This document shows positions 26,901-39,463 of a DNA stretch of 64,000 nucleotides, piece after piece. This stretch comes from Tubiluchus corallicola. Lineage: Eukaryota > Animalia > Priapulida. Position 1 is the first letter of the stretch. Every line of letters starts with the position of its first letter. The stretch covers positions 248,001-312,000 of the forward strand of contig JAQGDQ010002368.1 in NCBI GenBank assembly GCA_030141605.1, in the 5' to 3' direction. The notes beneath the pieces were generated by a model. It was not told where the DNA came from and searched no databases. It saw nothing but the letters and a program-made list of their open reading frames with translations. A program made the position numbers and the translations under genes.

Positions 26901-29900
26901 TTGTAAAAAACAGTACATTATTTTGTAATTTATGTGCTCAAAGTCTTCTGCTTCTTTATGCACATTTCTCTGTCTTAAATATTGTTTTTTATGTTTTGTA
27001 TTATCCAGGTACAATGTTAGGTATGGCCGAGTGACTGCAGAAGATGAAGAGGTGGAAAAGGCTGCGAGAGCTGCTGAAATACATGACAGGATAACTACAT
27101 TTCCTGATGGTAGGTAGCACTAGTTGATGATAGCTGTTATAATAAGCTACTGTATTTCTGCCCTGTAAGATGCACTGACATATAAGTGGCACCCTCATTT
27201 TGTAGAGCAAAATCAAAATTAACAGATTTTTAGCCTCTGTTAGGTTTTAAACTCAGTAATGGCTCATGATTCACATTTACAATTTGCAGACGACTTTGTC
27301 CTGATTGTTTCTTTGAGTCACACTACCCAGTGCACAACTGCTAGTGTATCAAGTTACAAGATTGTGAGCTCTAGTCATTTCATATTTGCATGATAGAAGC
27401 GGTTGTATAAGACATAATTTAAAAGTTAAAAGTGGTTTTTAGCTTGACCTTCATCTGTAATCATTTAACCTGCAATAAAAGGTGCGCATGTCAATTGCCA
27501 TTAGTATATTTGCCTGTTATAAGTGCAGCAATAGCGTTGTCGTCTATATTAGGCCTCCTCAATAAGATCCAAGCTGCTTTTAGCATGGTTTTTGACTTTC
27601 TGCTGGAAAAAAGCACATTTCATGTGGTGAAAAATATGGTACACACCTGTGAAGGGCAGTGGTTTTAGTGGTTTAATATTGATGAAAATCCATGTATGTT
27701 ATAATAGTTGTAAACTGTTTGTTACAGGTTATGACACAACAGTAGGAGAACGTGGGTTAAAACTGAGTGGTGGAGAAAAGCAACGAGTGGCCATTGCTAG
27801 GACGATACTGAAGGCTCCCCAGATTGTCTTGCTTGATGAGGTGAAGATTTCTTATACTTTTTCCCTAATTTTAGTAAAATCACTTATTACTTGAGATTTA
27901 ACAGTTTTGACTATCTAAGATAGCTTTGGTTTTGACATTAGCACAATTAACTCTCGAAAAAATTTTAATTGCAGTGAGTAGAACAAGTAAGAAAAGTTAA
28001 TGTCTATCTCATGGTTAGCATTTTGAACTTTTGTATAATGAACAACTTAAATATAAAACATCTTGCAAGCATTTTGGTTTTTGTACTGGAAAAGTAAAGG
28101 GATGCTTATCTATGTGGAAGGGAAAGTTTTAGAAGCATGTGATGATTGCAAGTAGACATCAAAAAATTGATTGAAATTAAATGATTTATGCAGTTAGTAA
28201 GCTATAGTTCTTAAACTGGTTATCCTGATGGCAAACAAATATTTCAGATTGAAAGTATGAACATGTGCTGTTTTAAATATAATTTCAAGAAACAAGGTTT
28301 TTAATTTGCTGGGTGAAATTTTGTTTTATAATATTATATTACTGCTGTACTATGTATGTGAGTTCTTAATTTAGGCTAATTTTGTGGAGTTATTAATGTA
28401 GGTATTATTTTTTAAAAACAATTGAGCCTATGAATTGCAAAAATTAACATAAATGAATAGTAGTTCTAAATTTCGATAGTTGCTCGCAAACAGCTTACAA
28501 ATAAAAAATTTCAAATTATATTTAGGAATAGTAGTGTAAGGCATAGTTCACAGTACAACACTGTATGGTACAAACGACAATACTGACATTATTTAATTAC
28601 TTAGCTAAACAAAGGCTTAGCAATGTATGCTGTGCTACCAAAACAGTATTCACAGATCACTTTTATTCATAATTCATTGTTGTTCCATAGCAGTGTGTGA
28701 ATACAAATAATCTCGAAAATAAATCACGACTTGAATATCGATGTGTTTACAAATAGTACCACTATATACTGTTTTTGCTGGGAGGCAAAGGCACATTAAT
28801 AACACGATTATATTAATATTCATATTGTGCACCATTAGCAGTTTTCGCTGTGGGAATAATCACAGTTTTCACTTTGTAAATAGCAGTGTTATGCATTAGT
28901 CACTGTTTTAACTGTCTGAATAGCTTTAGCTGATACAATGGTCACTACTTTCATACATATCATACACCAGATTGCAGTCTTCACTATGTGAACAGGTATA
29001 TTTTGCAAGTTTTCACTGTATAAATAAAATCCCTCTGTTCCTTTTCCATTTCTTTATTGTTGGGTATTTGTTAATTAAAAGTAAAAAGTAAATAGTAAAT
29101 ATAGTATAGTGCTTAATGATATTTAATGAACTAGTGGTGTGATATTTTGACTGTGAGTATCTTGTCTAGTTTTTTGATTAATTCATATGCATATTTGACA
29201 GGCAACATCTGCTTTGGATACTAAAACTGAGCGAGCAATTCAGTCGTCTTTAGCAAGGGTTTGCGCAGGAAGAACCACTTTGGTAGTGGCTCACAGGTAT
29301 AACACAGTTGTCAGTGATTTTTTGCTGGGAAGGCTAATTTTTGTTTTACTCTTACATTTAGTATGGCTGCTGTTTTCCCTAATATTTAATAGGCTACATT
29401 TGCAAAGTTTTTGAACAAGCCTGGACTTTCATTTAAAGATAAGTAAAGGATAATTAAAATAAATTAGTAAAGACTTGTGGACATTTCTTGAGACGTCCGC
29501 ATTGTATTTAGAATGTATCTCCATCAGAATGGATAGTATCTATGGTACTGGTGATCTACATCATTGAGCTTTAGTATTAGAATACATGGATTTGTGAGTT
29601 ATCTAACTCTGTCGTAACTTTTTCGAATGATGTGTGATGAGAGGTACTCTAACCTTGAACCAAAAAACAAAAAAGTGATAGAAAAGTATTGTAATTGTAA
29701 TTTATTGTCTCCTTGTGTTAAAAGATTGTTAGATGACAGAAAAATTAAGACCAGATAAAGTCATGCAGCCAGCTGATTTGTGTGAGCATTTTTTGACAGA
29801 AAATTTGAGAGGGAGACTTAATCAGTAATACCTGCTATAATGTCATTTAGGCTTTCTCTGATTTATTATTCTTAACACTAATATAATTTCATTGTCACGA

Positions 29901-30462
29901 ATTCAATTTTTTGATGCCTGAAAAAGGTATCGTTGTGGCTTATACGAGCGTGATGTTTTGAATGAATTTCTGTAAATGCACTTGTGTATATAATAGTTTA
30001 CTTACTGAAACATTAAGTATTATACCTTTTGTACAGGTATTATAAATTATTGAAATGTTGTTTGAGTTTCTTAATTATCCCTAACACAATTTCTCTTAGA
30101 GTTGCCGAACCAGCAGCTGACAACATAGGCAAGACTCCAACAACTTTTATTATTTTAAAATGCAGTAAAGTTGGATAAGTTGACTGACTGCTGTTGGTCA
30201 CTTTAGTAAAGAAATATTGATTCTCTCTCATTTTAACCTCATTTGCAGACTATCAACTATAATACATGCAGATTTAATACTGGTATTGCGAGAGGGGGAA
30301 ATTATTGAGCGAGGGAGGCACGATGAATTATTACTACAAAATGGAGCTTACGGCAGTATGTGGCAAGAACAGCAACAAAAACATAAAGAATCTTCAGAAG
30401 ATGTTCTTATAAACCTCGGTGATGATGAAACCAACGGGCCATCTGCTGGCAGTCAAAGTTAA
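14861..30462 (+). CDS. ABCB6: ATP-binding cassette subfamily B member 6 / HMT-1 (TMD0 + TMD + NBD half transporter), 20 coding exons, 855 aa
   Basis: Exons: 14861-14990, 15334-15416, 15829-15895, 16239-16464, 16935-17088, 17515-17725, 18286-18375, 18809-18911, 19269-19358, 20122-20243, 20951-21060, 21474-21745, 23270-23419, 25134-25191, 25591-25695, 26026-26099, 27009-27109, 27728-27840, 29202-29296, 30249-30462. All introns are GT-AG, phases match, and the sum is 2568 nt. Motifs: [77 protein letters not shown], Walker [10 protein letters not shown]-loop [13 protein letters not shown], Walker B/D-loop VLLDEATSALD, H-loop AHRLST. Confidence 0.97.
15334..15416 (+). CDS. ABCB6: ABCB6 coding exon 2
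   Basis: [28 protein letters not shown]; tag|...|gtaact. Confidence 0.85.
15829..15895 (+). CDS. ABCB6: ABCB6 coding exon 3
   Basis: [22 protein letters not shown]; tag|...|gtaagg. Confidence 0.85.
16239..16464 (+). CDS. ABCB6: ABCB6 coding exon 4
   Basis: GDKHIYGF...[11 protein letters not shown]...EEWWFKQR; aag|...|gtaagt. Confidence 0.9.
16935..17088 (+). CDS. ABCB6: ABCB6 coding exon 5
   Basis: [14 protein letters not shown]...GLAAPGLP...EENK. Confidence 0.9.
17515..17725 (+). CDS. ABCB6: ABCB6 coding exon 6
   Basis: PLTEE...[29 protein letters not shown]...[12 protein letters not shown]. Confidence 0.9.
18286..18375 (+). CDS. ABCB6: ABCB6 coding exon 7
   Basis: [30 protein letters not shown]. 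Confidence 0.9.
18809..18911 (+). CDS. ABCB6: ABCB6 coding exon 8
   Basis: [34 protein letters not shown]. Confidence 0.92.
19269..19358 (+). CDS. ABCB6: ABCB6 coding exon 9
   Basis: [29 protein letters not shown]. Confidence 0.93.
20122..20243 (+). CDS. ABCB6: ABCB6 coding exon 10
   Basis: [20 protein letters not shown]...[13 protein letters not shown]. Confidence 0.93.
20951..21060 (+). CDS. ABCB6: ABCB6 coding exon 11
   Basis: [18 protein letters not shown]...VDSLLNFET. Confidence 0.93.
21474..21745 (+). CDS. ABCB6: ABCB6 coding exon 12
   Basis: [11 protein letters not shown]...LTVGDYVLF...[13 protein letters not shown]. Confidence 0.95.
21993..22835. mobile_element. Degenerate pogo/Tigger-like non-autonomous DNA transposon in ABCB6 intron 12
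   Basis: The left end GCCGTTTATTAGACTCAC carries internal (T)AATAGACTCA/AATTGACTCA repeats. The right end CCCAAAGTGAGTCTATTAAA is its reverse complement. The outer TIR bases and TSD are eroded. Confidence 0.5.
23270..23419 (+). CDS. ABCB6: ABCB6 coding exon 13
   Basis: [16 protein letters not shown]...[14 protein letters not shown]. Confidence 0.94.
24240..25031. mobile_element. Tc1/mariner-superfamily (Tc2/pogo-type) MITE, 792 bp, in ABCB6 intron 13; contains a (CA)n tract at ~24770-24800
   Basis: TIRs are CCGTATATACTTATGTACAAGTC and GACTTGTACACACGTATATATGG (20/23 match as inverted repeats), with TA on both flanks. Confidence 0.8.
25134..25191 (+). CDS. ABCB6: ABCB6 coding exon 14
   Basis: [19 protein letters not shown]. 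Confidence 0.92.
25591..25695 (+). CDS. ABCB6: ABCB6 coding exon 15 (Walker A)
   Basis: [35 protein letters not shown]. Confidence 0.95.
26026..26099 (+). CDS. ABCB6: ABCB6 coding exon 16 (Q-loop)
   Basis: [24 protein letters not shown]. Confidence 0.95.
27009..27109 (+). CDS. ABCB6: ABCB6 coding exon 17
   Basis: [33 protein letters not shown]. Confidence 0.95.
27728..27840 (+). CDS. ABCB6: ABCB6 coding exon 18 (ABC signature, Walker B)
   Basis: [38 protein letters not shown]. Confidence 0.96.
29202..29296 (+). CDS. ABCB6: ABCB6 coding exon 19
   Basis: [31 protein letters not shown]. Confidence 0.95.
30249..30462 (+). CDS. ABCB6: ABCB6 coding exon 20 (terminal)
   Basis: [28 protein letters not shown]...GSQS*. 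Confidence 0.95.
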
Positions 30463-33400
30463 TATTAGATGAAAATTAGATATTTGTATTCATGTGATAA
30501 TTATTAGGATGTTTGATGATGGTGATAGTGATGATGGAAGAATTGAATTGGATTATCATTCTTATGAGATACTATTATGTTTGCCTGTATAGTTTGTAAA
30601 TAGATGTAGTTAATAGCTGCTTGTTATCATCTTTACTGTTGCCAATTTATTAAAATTGTCTTTTGTCCAAATTGTCACTAAAATATGCAGAAAAGTGTGA
30701 CTCTGCAAATCTAGATTGACAGTAACAAAGACTAATGTAAATAACACCAACTGTAGATAAAATACAAACTCATTAGTTGTATAAACAAATCTTTAAACAC
30801 AGTCTCATTATAAGATCAGTAAATTTGTATTTTATCTGCAGTTGATGTTGTTTAAGTTGTTCATTGTTAACTCAATATTCAGTGCAGAATGATTTTTTCT
30901 TATACTTTGATTTATGTCATACCTATATCTAGCATGTTTGTTTAATAGCCAGTTATACTAGTGACTGACATGATAGGGATTTGACTGGGATCGAGACTTA
31001 TGGACCAATTAACTAAAAGCATATTAGTGGGCAATTGGGTTAAAGGCTCAGCAGCAATGGGCTTTTTAGACTCCAATCGTCTAAGTGATCTAGAAAACAG
31101 AACACACCTCACTGCAGTTAACTATGTATGTTGGATTTTTGGATCGTGCTAACAGTGTTTCAAGCATAGAAATTTGTTTTTGTTTGCGATAATGGTTGGT
31201 GTTTAGCATTTATTTATAACACACAAATCCATTTTAACTATAATATTGTGCGAGAGATAAGGATGAATAAGTTATTTAGAAGTTATTAATTGTAAATTTA
31301 AACAAAATTTATACTGTTTTTATGCACTACACAGTAATACCCAGTTATTAATGCTAACTGAAAAGCACAACATAAAGAAGTTTTATAGCCCTATGTAATA
31401 TCTGTTATTAGGGTTATGTGTCAGGAGAGTTTAGTAGAAATAATATCACAGTTAAAAACAAAGGTTGTTTGCTCAAATCAGCTAGTCATAGTGACGAATT
31501 ATATCGTGTTCTCTTATTGAATATGTCAGCATCTACTGATTACTGCGCTGAGGGAAGCTTTGTTCTTTATGAAGGTTCAAAACATTACATGCAAATAGAT
31601 CAGGTCGTGACATACTGTGGCATTTATTACATGGACATATGCATAAAGCGTATATTCATAATACATGTACAGGAACATAGGTAGCGAGTATAAATCCACT
31701 CAAAGAAATAACAGCAACAAAAGAGGAAATGAACAATACACATTTAACCTATTAAATGTTTACAACCATGTGAATCCATTGCTTATCACAAACAATCCAG
31801 CCCGGTTTACATAACATGCGAATTTCGTACTGCTTCTCAATAATCCATTCCATACAGTGGGAAGTTTAGTAAGACATTAACCAAACTGTTAAAGTAAAAT
31901 TGCTGCATATCACAACAGTATCATTAAGAAATATATACAGCGTGTCATCCTGTTTTCCCCGTAGTTTGCATAAAGGTATAAAATTGATTCACCAGCGAAT
32001 CTGAGCCGAGTAAAAACAGTGTCTGTAATAGATACGCAATGCTTGTATCTATATAATGGTGCAATGTATTTATGGCGTTGTTTTTGACTGCAATATTGGT
32101 CCTTAGCACTTATTTATGACAGTCCATTCCTTCTCTAATGGTTTCTAGTTACTGCTTATTATTAAAGTAATGCCTGTTATTACGAAAGAAGCAAAACTAT
32201 CATTTCTATAACTGCATGCTATTTTTTCATGAGTAACGGTTGACTGCAGAATTGATTCACCTTGGGTGCTAATTTAGTTTCTTATTCAGGAGATCACGTG
32301 AAGGTCATATTTAACTAACTAAAGAAGCTAGTCACGTTCTCACCGAAGGTTAATTTAACTAGACGCAGCTGCACTGTGTGAACGTGAAACTGCTATGTGC
32401 AGAAAATTTGCTTTTAACTTACGCGAATCTTCAGTTTTTTATCTAAAAAGAAAGTAATTTGCAGTTTGACTTTCTGGACATGCATATGTGTTTAGCTATC
32501 AGTTCACAACTTGGAACTAGTCCGTTTATAATATTTTCTTGTTTTGTGTTTGGAGTTTTTGATACTGAATTGCTGGTAATATTTGCGTAATTCAGTTATG
32601 ATTTGTTTTTTTTCTTAACCAGTACGGTAGTGTATAGTCAAACTAATAATTGCTGTTTTTCATTTTAATTTACCTGATTCGTTTTTAAGGATGACTTGAG
32701 TAGTTTTCGTCTTATGCAGTATATTTCATGTATGGGTACGTGTGCATATTTTATTGTGAACGTCAAAAAGTGTATGTAAATAATCATGAAAAATTTATGA
32801 CACGATTAATGGAATAATAGTTATTAAATTTAGAATGTGTAGTTTGATCGGGTCTGTATTTATTACTCGTTTTTGTTCTGCGAACTTTGCTGGAGTAGAC
32901 CAAGGTCTACATTTTTAAGCTTTGATTTGTACTTGTATATTGCGGTACGATCAATTCATGAGCTTCATAGTGGTGGTATTGAAACTCTAGAGGAATTCCT
33001 GTTAGGAGCAGGGAACATGATAAATGTAACAAGATGCTGCACCGTCAGCTTGTATATGTATACAGTTTGGTGCGCTTGAAAATAATTTAAAAAATGGCAA
33101 AAGGTATTTTCTATATCATAAACATTATATAAGCTGTTTCTTGGAAAATCCGTAATTTTCATTAACCTGTAGATGTATATTAGTAAATGGATGGAATCAT
33201 GATCATTTAACCAGCAACGAAATGCTGTTCTCCAGAAACAATAAATTAGTGAACTAACTTTTTTATTAAAAACGAGCTGACTGTCGTCCCGTGAGGTTGG
33301 TTTGTTAATTAAGAAATAATTTTTTTTATAAAACTAGCCTTATGATGCATTACACGCTTATAGGCGTACATGTACATATATTAAGTAGTATAATTTTGGC

Positions 33401-34939
33401 TTCCAGTTTGGCTGTAATTAGAGTGGTATAATGACACTAGGCTTCATTTTATGTTTTTAAAAGTCTAGCTCATTGCTCATTTTACTTTTCATAAAAGCTG
33501 AACGCTAAACAAATTATTTTGCCGAGCTGACTGGATGATTGGTTAAATATAATAAAGCGTTTTCATAAAGAAATTAATAGACAATTTGGCTGTATGTTAA
33601 TTACTGCTAATGCATGCATGTAAAACGCGAACTGCTTCTGTGTAATTGATAAATGAGTTGCAATTATGCAGATAAACGTAGCCCCGGTTTGACGAACGGG
33701 TTGGGTTGCTACAAAACGGAAAAATACAAAGGCTAAATACTGGCCAGCATTAAAAAGATACGCACATTGCTTGTCAGCACCGCATAACCAGGATGCCAGG
33801 ATTGGTGATATCAGAAATGCTTATAAGGTACACGTCTTTAATTATCATTTCGCCCCGGCTGTGACTATTATTACAGGATAAGGTGTGCGAGAGTACCATT
33901 ATTTACCACCTAATCAGAACTTTCTGATCGCTTTTCCTAAGCCTACTCACCCTTAACTGAGTACCTGGTCGTGTGCAGGGGGAAGAAGGCAGCCGAGCAA
34001 CGGACTAGTCGCCCCCTATCTTGTATGCCGCCTTAATCGCCAACGTATCTTCCCAGACAGGCATGGGTCATCCTTCCTAAGCAACATCCCCAACTCCCAC
34101 CAGAGCTGCTGACGATCCAGTTGGTGTTTTGGTTCAAGATATTTGTGAAACTTTCCAATTTATATCCTGAAGTTTAGACAATTGATAATATTTTTCAAAT
34201 AGACGGAGTGTGTTTTGAAATATGCTATTACTCTGTAGCTTTATCCTCGGGTAGCTGTATATGAAATTTACTTATACGCGATGAGTGCAATGAGTACGGG
34301 GGTACAGATATACAGAATAATTTATTACGTCAAAGGATTGCAGAAATAATAGAGAATCTATTATGCCTTTAGAACATAGTATGGAAACCTCGCGTGTCTT
34401 CACACAATCTGGTCTTTCACGTAATTTGGAGGGTACGAACGGAGCACTGACCTAAAAATGCTGGGAGTAATTTATCGATTGACCTAAATGGCTTGGAAGT
34501 TCACCGGACCTCAAACCCGTTAACAAATTAGCTATCCCGAAAGACAAAGTGGAAGATGAATGATAAGAGATAAAACTAAAAGATGACAAAAATAAGCCAT
34601 GGTCAGTATTCAACTAAACTTATGTGTTGGAGGGCCTTGAGTTCTTCGAGTCCCTACTCCAGTCACCTTTTCATTATTGTAGGCTGTGCTATATCTAATA
34701 GGCTTTTACCATATTTTGATGGCATATTCCCTGAACAATAATTAGGTGTACTACTTATTTTTGTTCCAACGCAAAAGGTTGTGTACCACCCTGTGTTTTA
34801 GTTGTAACTGTTGCATAAATGACTCATGGTTCCGTTTATGATTTACGTTTTCATCTGTCACGGATCTAAAGTTGTTTTTTCTTAATAATTTTTATAACAA
34901 TTCACTGACCCCTAGACATTGCTCACGGCATTGAAAATA

Positions 34940-34941
<2 letters not shown>

Positions 34942-34977
<36 letters not shown>

Positions 34978-34996
34978 AGAGAGAGAGAGAGAGAGA
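34942..34996. repeat. (TA)n-(GA)n compound microsatellite at the 3' end of the LINE
   Basis: Read directly from the sequence. Confidence 0.95.
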
Positions 34997-35319
34997 TTTT
35001 TTATTATTATTACAACTCTATTTTATTATATATATTAACATAAATACATACATAATATACATAAATTCCCTCTATTTGCAGGGACCAGTATGAACATGAT
35101 TATAATAAGTTGGAAAATAATTACAATTATCCCTTTTAATATCATTTGTGACTATGATAACAGTAAAACGCTTATATACAAAAACATATCAACAACTAGA
35201 GGCAACATAGCTAGATTTACATTTAAATTTATATTTACCTAATTTTATAAATAACTCTTACTTTTATATTTTCATTGACGGGTAGCAATCTAATTATATA
35301 AAATGACAGTGACTGGACT

Positions 35320-38300
35320 TCACATTTTTAAAAATAAACTCCACGTTTTTTCGGCTATATTTTCCTCTTTAGCATTTTTAACAATTTCTACAAACGCATT
35401 AATAGCATTTCTACTTCTTATTCTGTATATATCCTTAAGTTGCCTAGATGGGAGTGCAGTTTCAAGTTTCCTTCTGAGTTCGTCTTTTATTAGAGGACAG
35501 TTAAAAATTATATGTTCTGGCGTTTGGCTGTTTGCATTGCATTTACACATATCAGCTTCTATCAGACCGATTCTATTGCTAAATTCATTACAACCTCTCC
35601 CTAATAATAAGTTGAAAGCAATGGTTTCAATAACACGTTCATTTCTTGTTATTTGCAGATCTAAAGGTTTTGCACAAACTTTAACTTCTTCCAAAGGGTT
35701 TCCAGCTAACTGGTTTCCAGCAACAGTTTTCTTTTCCATAGAAACTCTAGGAATTTTTGACATTCTTTCTTTGTGTATTTTAAATTGTCTTGTGGAATTG
35801 ACTGTAACATTTCATTTCGATTTGCGTTTAGACCTTTAATGGTTTTTAAGAATAATCTAGTCTTATTTAGGTGTTCTGCCAGGAAATGGTTCCAATATTC
35901 AGCACTGATGTAATTCTCATCCGCCTTAATTAGTTCTTTTCTGACTAAGTCATCTGCAGGTAAAGTAAGTAATTTCAATACTGACTTAACAGATAAAACA
36001 GAATAAATAACATCCATTGATGGTAGTCCTGTAATTAATTCAGTTTCAATTCTTGGAGGATTAAAACCTACTCCTGTTGCCGTTTTTAACATATCATATA
36101 GTATATCATCAAAAGCCGTGATGTTCTTTGCTAACCATGCTATCGAGGCGTACAAAATCGTTGGAAGTACCATGATATTAAAAAGTCTCAAAATTGTCTT
36201 CATATGCAAACCTTTGTGCCGGAAACAAAACTGCTTTATCTGGTGCCATGTTTTCCACGCCCTTTTCCTGGTATCTAGCACGTGAGTGTTAAAATTTAAT
36301 TGATTGTCCACTGTGACACCCAGCACTTTGCTTTTTCTTACATAATCAATAGGATTATTTCCAAACTTGAGGTTTGGTGGATCTGGTTCCCAATTCAAAA
36401 TTTTTGAGTTCTTGTACAAAATGGCTTCAGTTTTGTTTTTGGCACAGTTTATGTTCATCCGCCACTTCTTACACCAAGTGTACAGTTTATCACAACATTT
36501 TTGTGCTTTTAAATAACATTCATAGTTTGTGTCAGCTGCGATTAGCAAAGAACCATCATCTGCATATTTAAATTTTCCACAGCTTACTTCATCATCTATT
36601 GATTCAAACATGTCAATAACATACAACAAAAACAGTAATGGTGACAAAACGGAACCTTGTGGGAGACCCAACTGACAATTGTACTTTGGAGATGTGTGAC
36701 CATTAATACGTAAAACAATATTCCTATTTTTTAAAAATGTACTAATAAGACACAACATGTTTCCTTTAATACCATATTGATACAACTTGTACAATAGCCC
36801 CTTTATCCAAACACTATCGAAAGCTTTTTGAAAGTCGCAAAGAATTGCAATGCAGCTTGTTTTAAGTAAATTTGTTCTAGTCAGGTTAGAAATAAGCCTG
36901 ACCAAGTAGCGTACTGTACTGTGTCTGGGCCTGAAGCCTTCTTGCTCATCATCAATAATGTCATATGCATTACAAAATTGTCTTACACGATTTTCAACAA
37001 GCTTTTCTGCTAGTTTTCCATAGTAGGAGGTAATGCTGATAGGTCTATAATTATTAGGGTCACTATAATCGGACTTGCCATTTTTTTTATAAATGTAACC
37101 TTTGAGTCATTCCATGGCCAAATATTGCTGCCTAAGCAAATGTTGACTATATTGAGAAAGGTGGCTTTAGCCCAAAATCCCATGTTTTTTATCATTAGTG
37201 GATGAAACCCATGAATGTCTATGCTCGTGTTATTTGTTTTAACACTTTTTATCGCATTATTTAGTTCCCTCATGTTAAATTTATCATTTAGCCATGTATG
37301 CTCCACAGCTATTTGTTGATCAATTTGCTGGTCAACAATTTCTTCGATTTCTTCAAACCATGCATTATCAAATGAATTAGGATTTATATGTTCTCCACTA
37401 AAAATGTTTTGTACATGAGTTTACTTTTGTCATCATCACTTACGTAATCTTTACCCTGCACTTTTAGGCTTTCTATTTCGTTACTGGATTTAGTTTCAAA
37501 AACGCGTTTATATGTTTTCCAGAACTCCTTACCTTGTGCTACATTTAAGTTTTCAGTATTTTTGTCAATCCACTTATTCATTTCTAAATGCAGCGCGTCA
37601 CTAAACTCTGACTTGGCTTCCACATAAGATTGCTTGTTTTCGTAATTGGACATCTGCAGGTAATTTTTCCTGCAAAGCCTCACTTTATTACTTAATTTTG
37701 TTAACTGACTAGACCAGAAAGGTTTGCTAAATTTTGTTATCATTTTCTTATTTAGTGCTTCTTCGTTTGCATTTTCTATGACCTTTCGGAGCTGTACCCA
37801 AGCACTCTGAACATCTTTGGCCTGAATAAGTTGATTTAGTTCATGAAATTGTTCTCTTACTTTACGTTCCAGAACACCTGACCATCTGTACCAATCACTA
37901 TTCTTAAAATCGTACACACAACGAACTACTTTATCACTTTCCGATAGTTTACATTTAATTTTACTTATAACAACAAAGTGGCCCATTTGGGGTGCTCCCG
38001 AAAAGAGCTCTGTATCTTTCTCTACATATTGCTGACAAAGTTGGGCAGAAAAGTTTTGGATAGCTAATATAACATCAATCGTACTAGAACCTGTTGCAGA
38101 ACTGAATGTGGGTTCGTTTGGCGTAATAATGACGTGCTCACCATTGGCCTGATTTACGAAGTTGTGAAGTTGTATGCCATGTTCATTGTCAATCCTATCC
38201 CAGAGAATATTACGGGCGTTTAGATCGCCTATAGCCGCAATACTGTATATACCGTGTTTACTGCCGAAAGAAGCTGCTTTCTTGTACATTAATAACCATT

Positions 38301-38703
38301 TTCTCATTTGTTCAGGTGAATTTGGTTTTATATATACAGATCCTATTAACATTTTAGTATGCGGCGTATTTAAGATAACCCATACAACATCTAAATCTGA
38401 ATCGCTTGCATCTGATAAGTACAACATGTTACTAGCAATATTTTCTTTTATATACAAGGCTACTCCACCAGAGTAATTGCTCACGCCTTCTTTGAAATAA
38501 CCTTTGTAATTTGTTAATTTTGGCTGTAAATTTTTAGTGATTTTCGTTTCCTGTACTGCCACCACATCAAAAGACATACTGTTTGCGTAATTGTCTAAAG
38601 CTAACCTCGATCTATCTGACATATTGTTTATATTGATTTGACAAATAGTAATCGAGTCTTTTACTTTGACGTCTTGCAAATTTGCCATTTTATGCATAAT
38701 CAC
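35320..38703 (-). CDS. LINE ORF2 (APE endonuclease - reverse transcriptase - CCHC finger), split by three frameshifts near 37400, 37085 and 35720
   Basis: APE motifs: QININ, AVQET, GGVALYI, SVYIKP, GDLNA, PTF, STIDV. RT motifs: NYRPISIT, QEGFR, DFQKAFDSVW, GLPQGSVLSPLLF, KYADD, KVLGV. C-terminal finger: CKCNANSQTPEHIIFNCP. Confidence 0.9.
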
Positions 38704-39463
38704 TTAGTCGTTTGGCTTCATTTACGTAAAGTGCACAACTTCTGTCCCATGCCGCGTGCGATTCGCCACAGTTTGCACACGTTAACTGTTCTGAAGTACA
38801 CTCGTTTGATTCATGCTTTCCTGAGCATTTTCCACATTTGGGGCCTCTAGTACACCATTTCGCAATGTGTTTGTACCCCTGACACTTAAAACATCTGAGT
38901 GGTCTTCTCTTAGGAGCAAACTCTTCTACCGAGCACATCATTTGACCGATTGGTATGCTTTCCTGGACTGCTTTTGTGAGATCGTCTCCTGTCTGGAACG
39001 TAACTTTCACTAATGGCAAGTTTTTCCCGTCTTTTCTTTTGAAGCGTTCAATCTGGATGTTGTCATAGTATCTTTCTATATCAGAGCGTATTTCTGCGTC
39101 GCTCAAGCCCGTATCACAGTCACGCAAGATCCCTATACGCGGAGATACTGGCTTTCTTACGCGAGTACCACCTCCCAAAAATTCTGGCTTCCAGTTCTTT
39201 ATCATATCGTTTGCTGTTGTTTTGTCTGGGACTTGTAATTGAATTTTCCCTCTGGATGTTCTGAAGGCAATATCAAATTTCGTTCTCGGAAAATGTGCAC
39301 ACAAATTCTTCTTAATGTTAATGCTGGAACTGACGAGATGTTTTTCGCTCACATTTTCTACAATGACAGTTTTATCAGGGTCATATGGACGAGGAGATAC
39401 TTGTAGTGTTACTTGTCTTGGCTGTTTCAGAGAATGACGTTGGCAGGTTCTTTCTGACTGCAT
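38690..39463 (-). CDS. LINE ORF1, C-terminal part (gag-like, three CCHC zinc knuckles)
   Basis: CFKCQGYKHIAKWC, CGKCSGKHESNEC and CANCGESHAAWDRSC. The stop codon overlaps the first ATG of ORF2 (ATGCATAA). Confidence 0.88.
   Translation of the reverse strand: MQSERTCQRHSLKQPRQVTLQVSPRPYDPDKTVIVENVSEKHLVSSSINIKKNLCAHFPRTKFDIAFRTSRGKIQLQVPDKTTANDMIKNWKPEFLGGGTRVRKPVSPRIGILRDCDTGLSDAEIRSDIERYYDNIQIERFKRKDGKNLPLVKVTFQTGDDLTKAVQESIPIGQMMCSVEEFAPKRRPLRCFKCQGYKHIAKWCTRGPKCGKCSGKHESNECTSEQLTCANCGESHAAWDRSCALYVNEAKRLSDYA

Noticed and set aside
33930-34050. SINE-core-like text (CCTACTCACCCTTAACTGAGTACCTGG...AAGGCAGCCG)
   Set aside because: Suggestive of a SINE central domain, but no clear Pol III head or boundaries could be defined.
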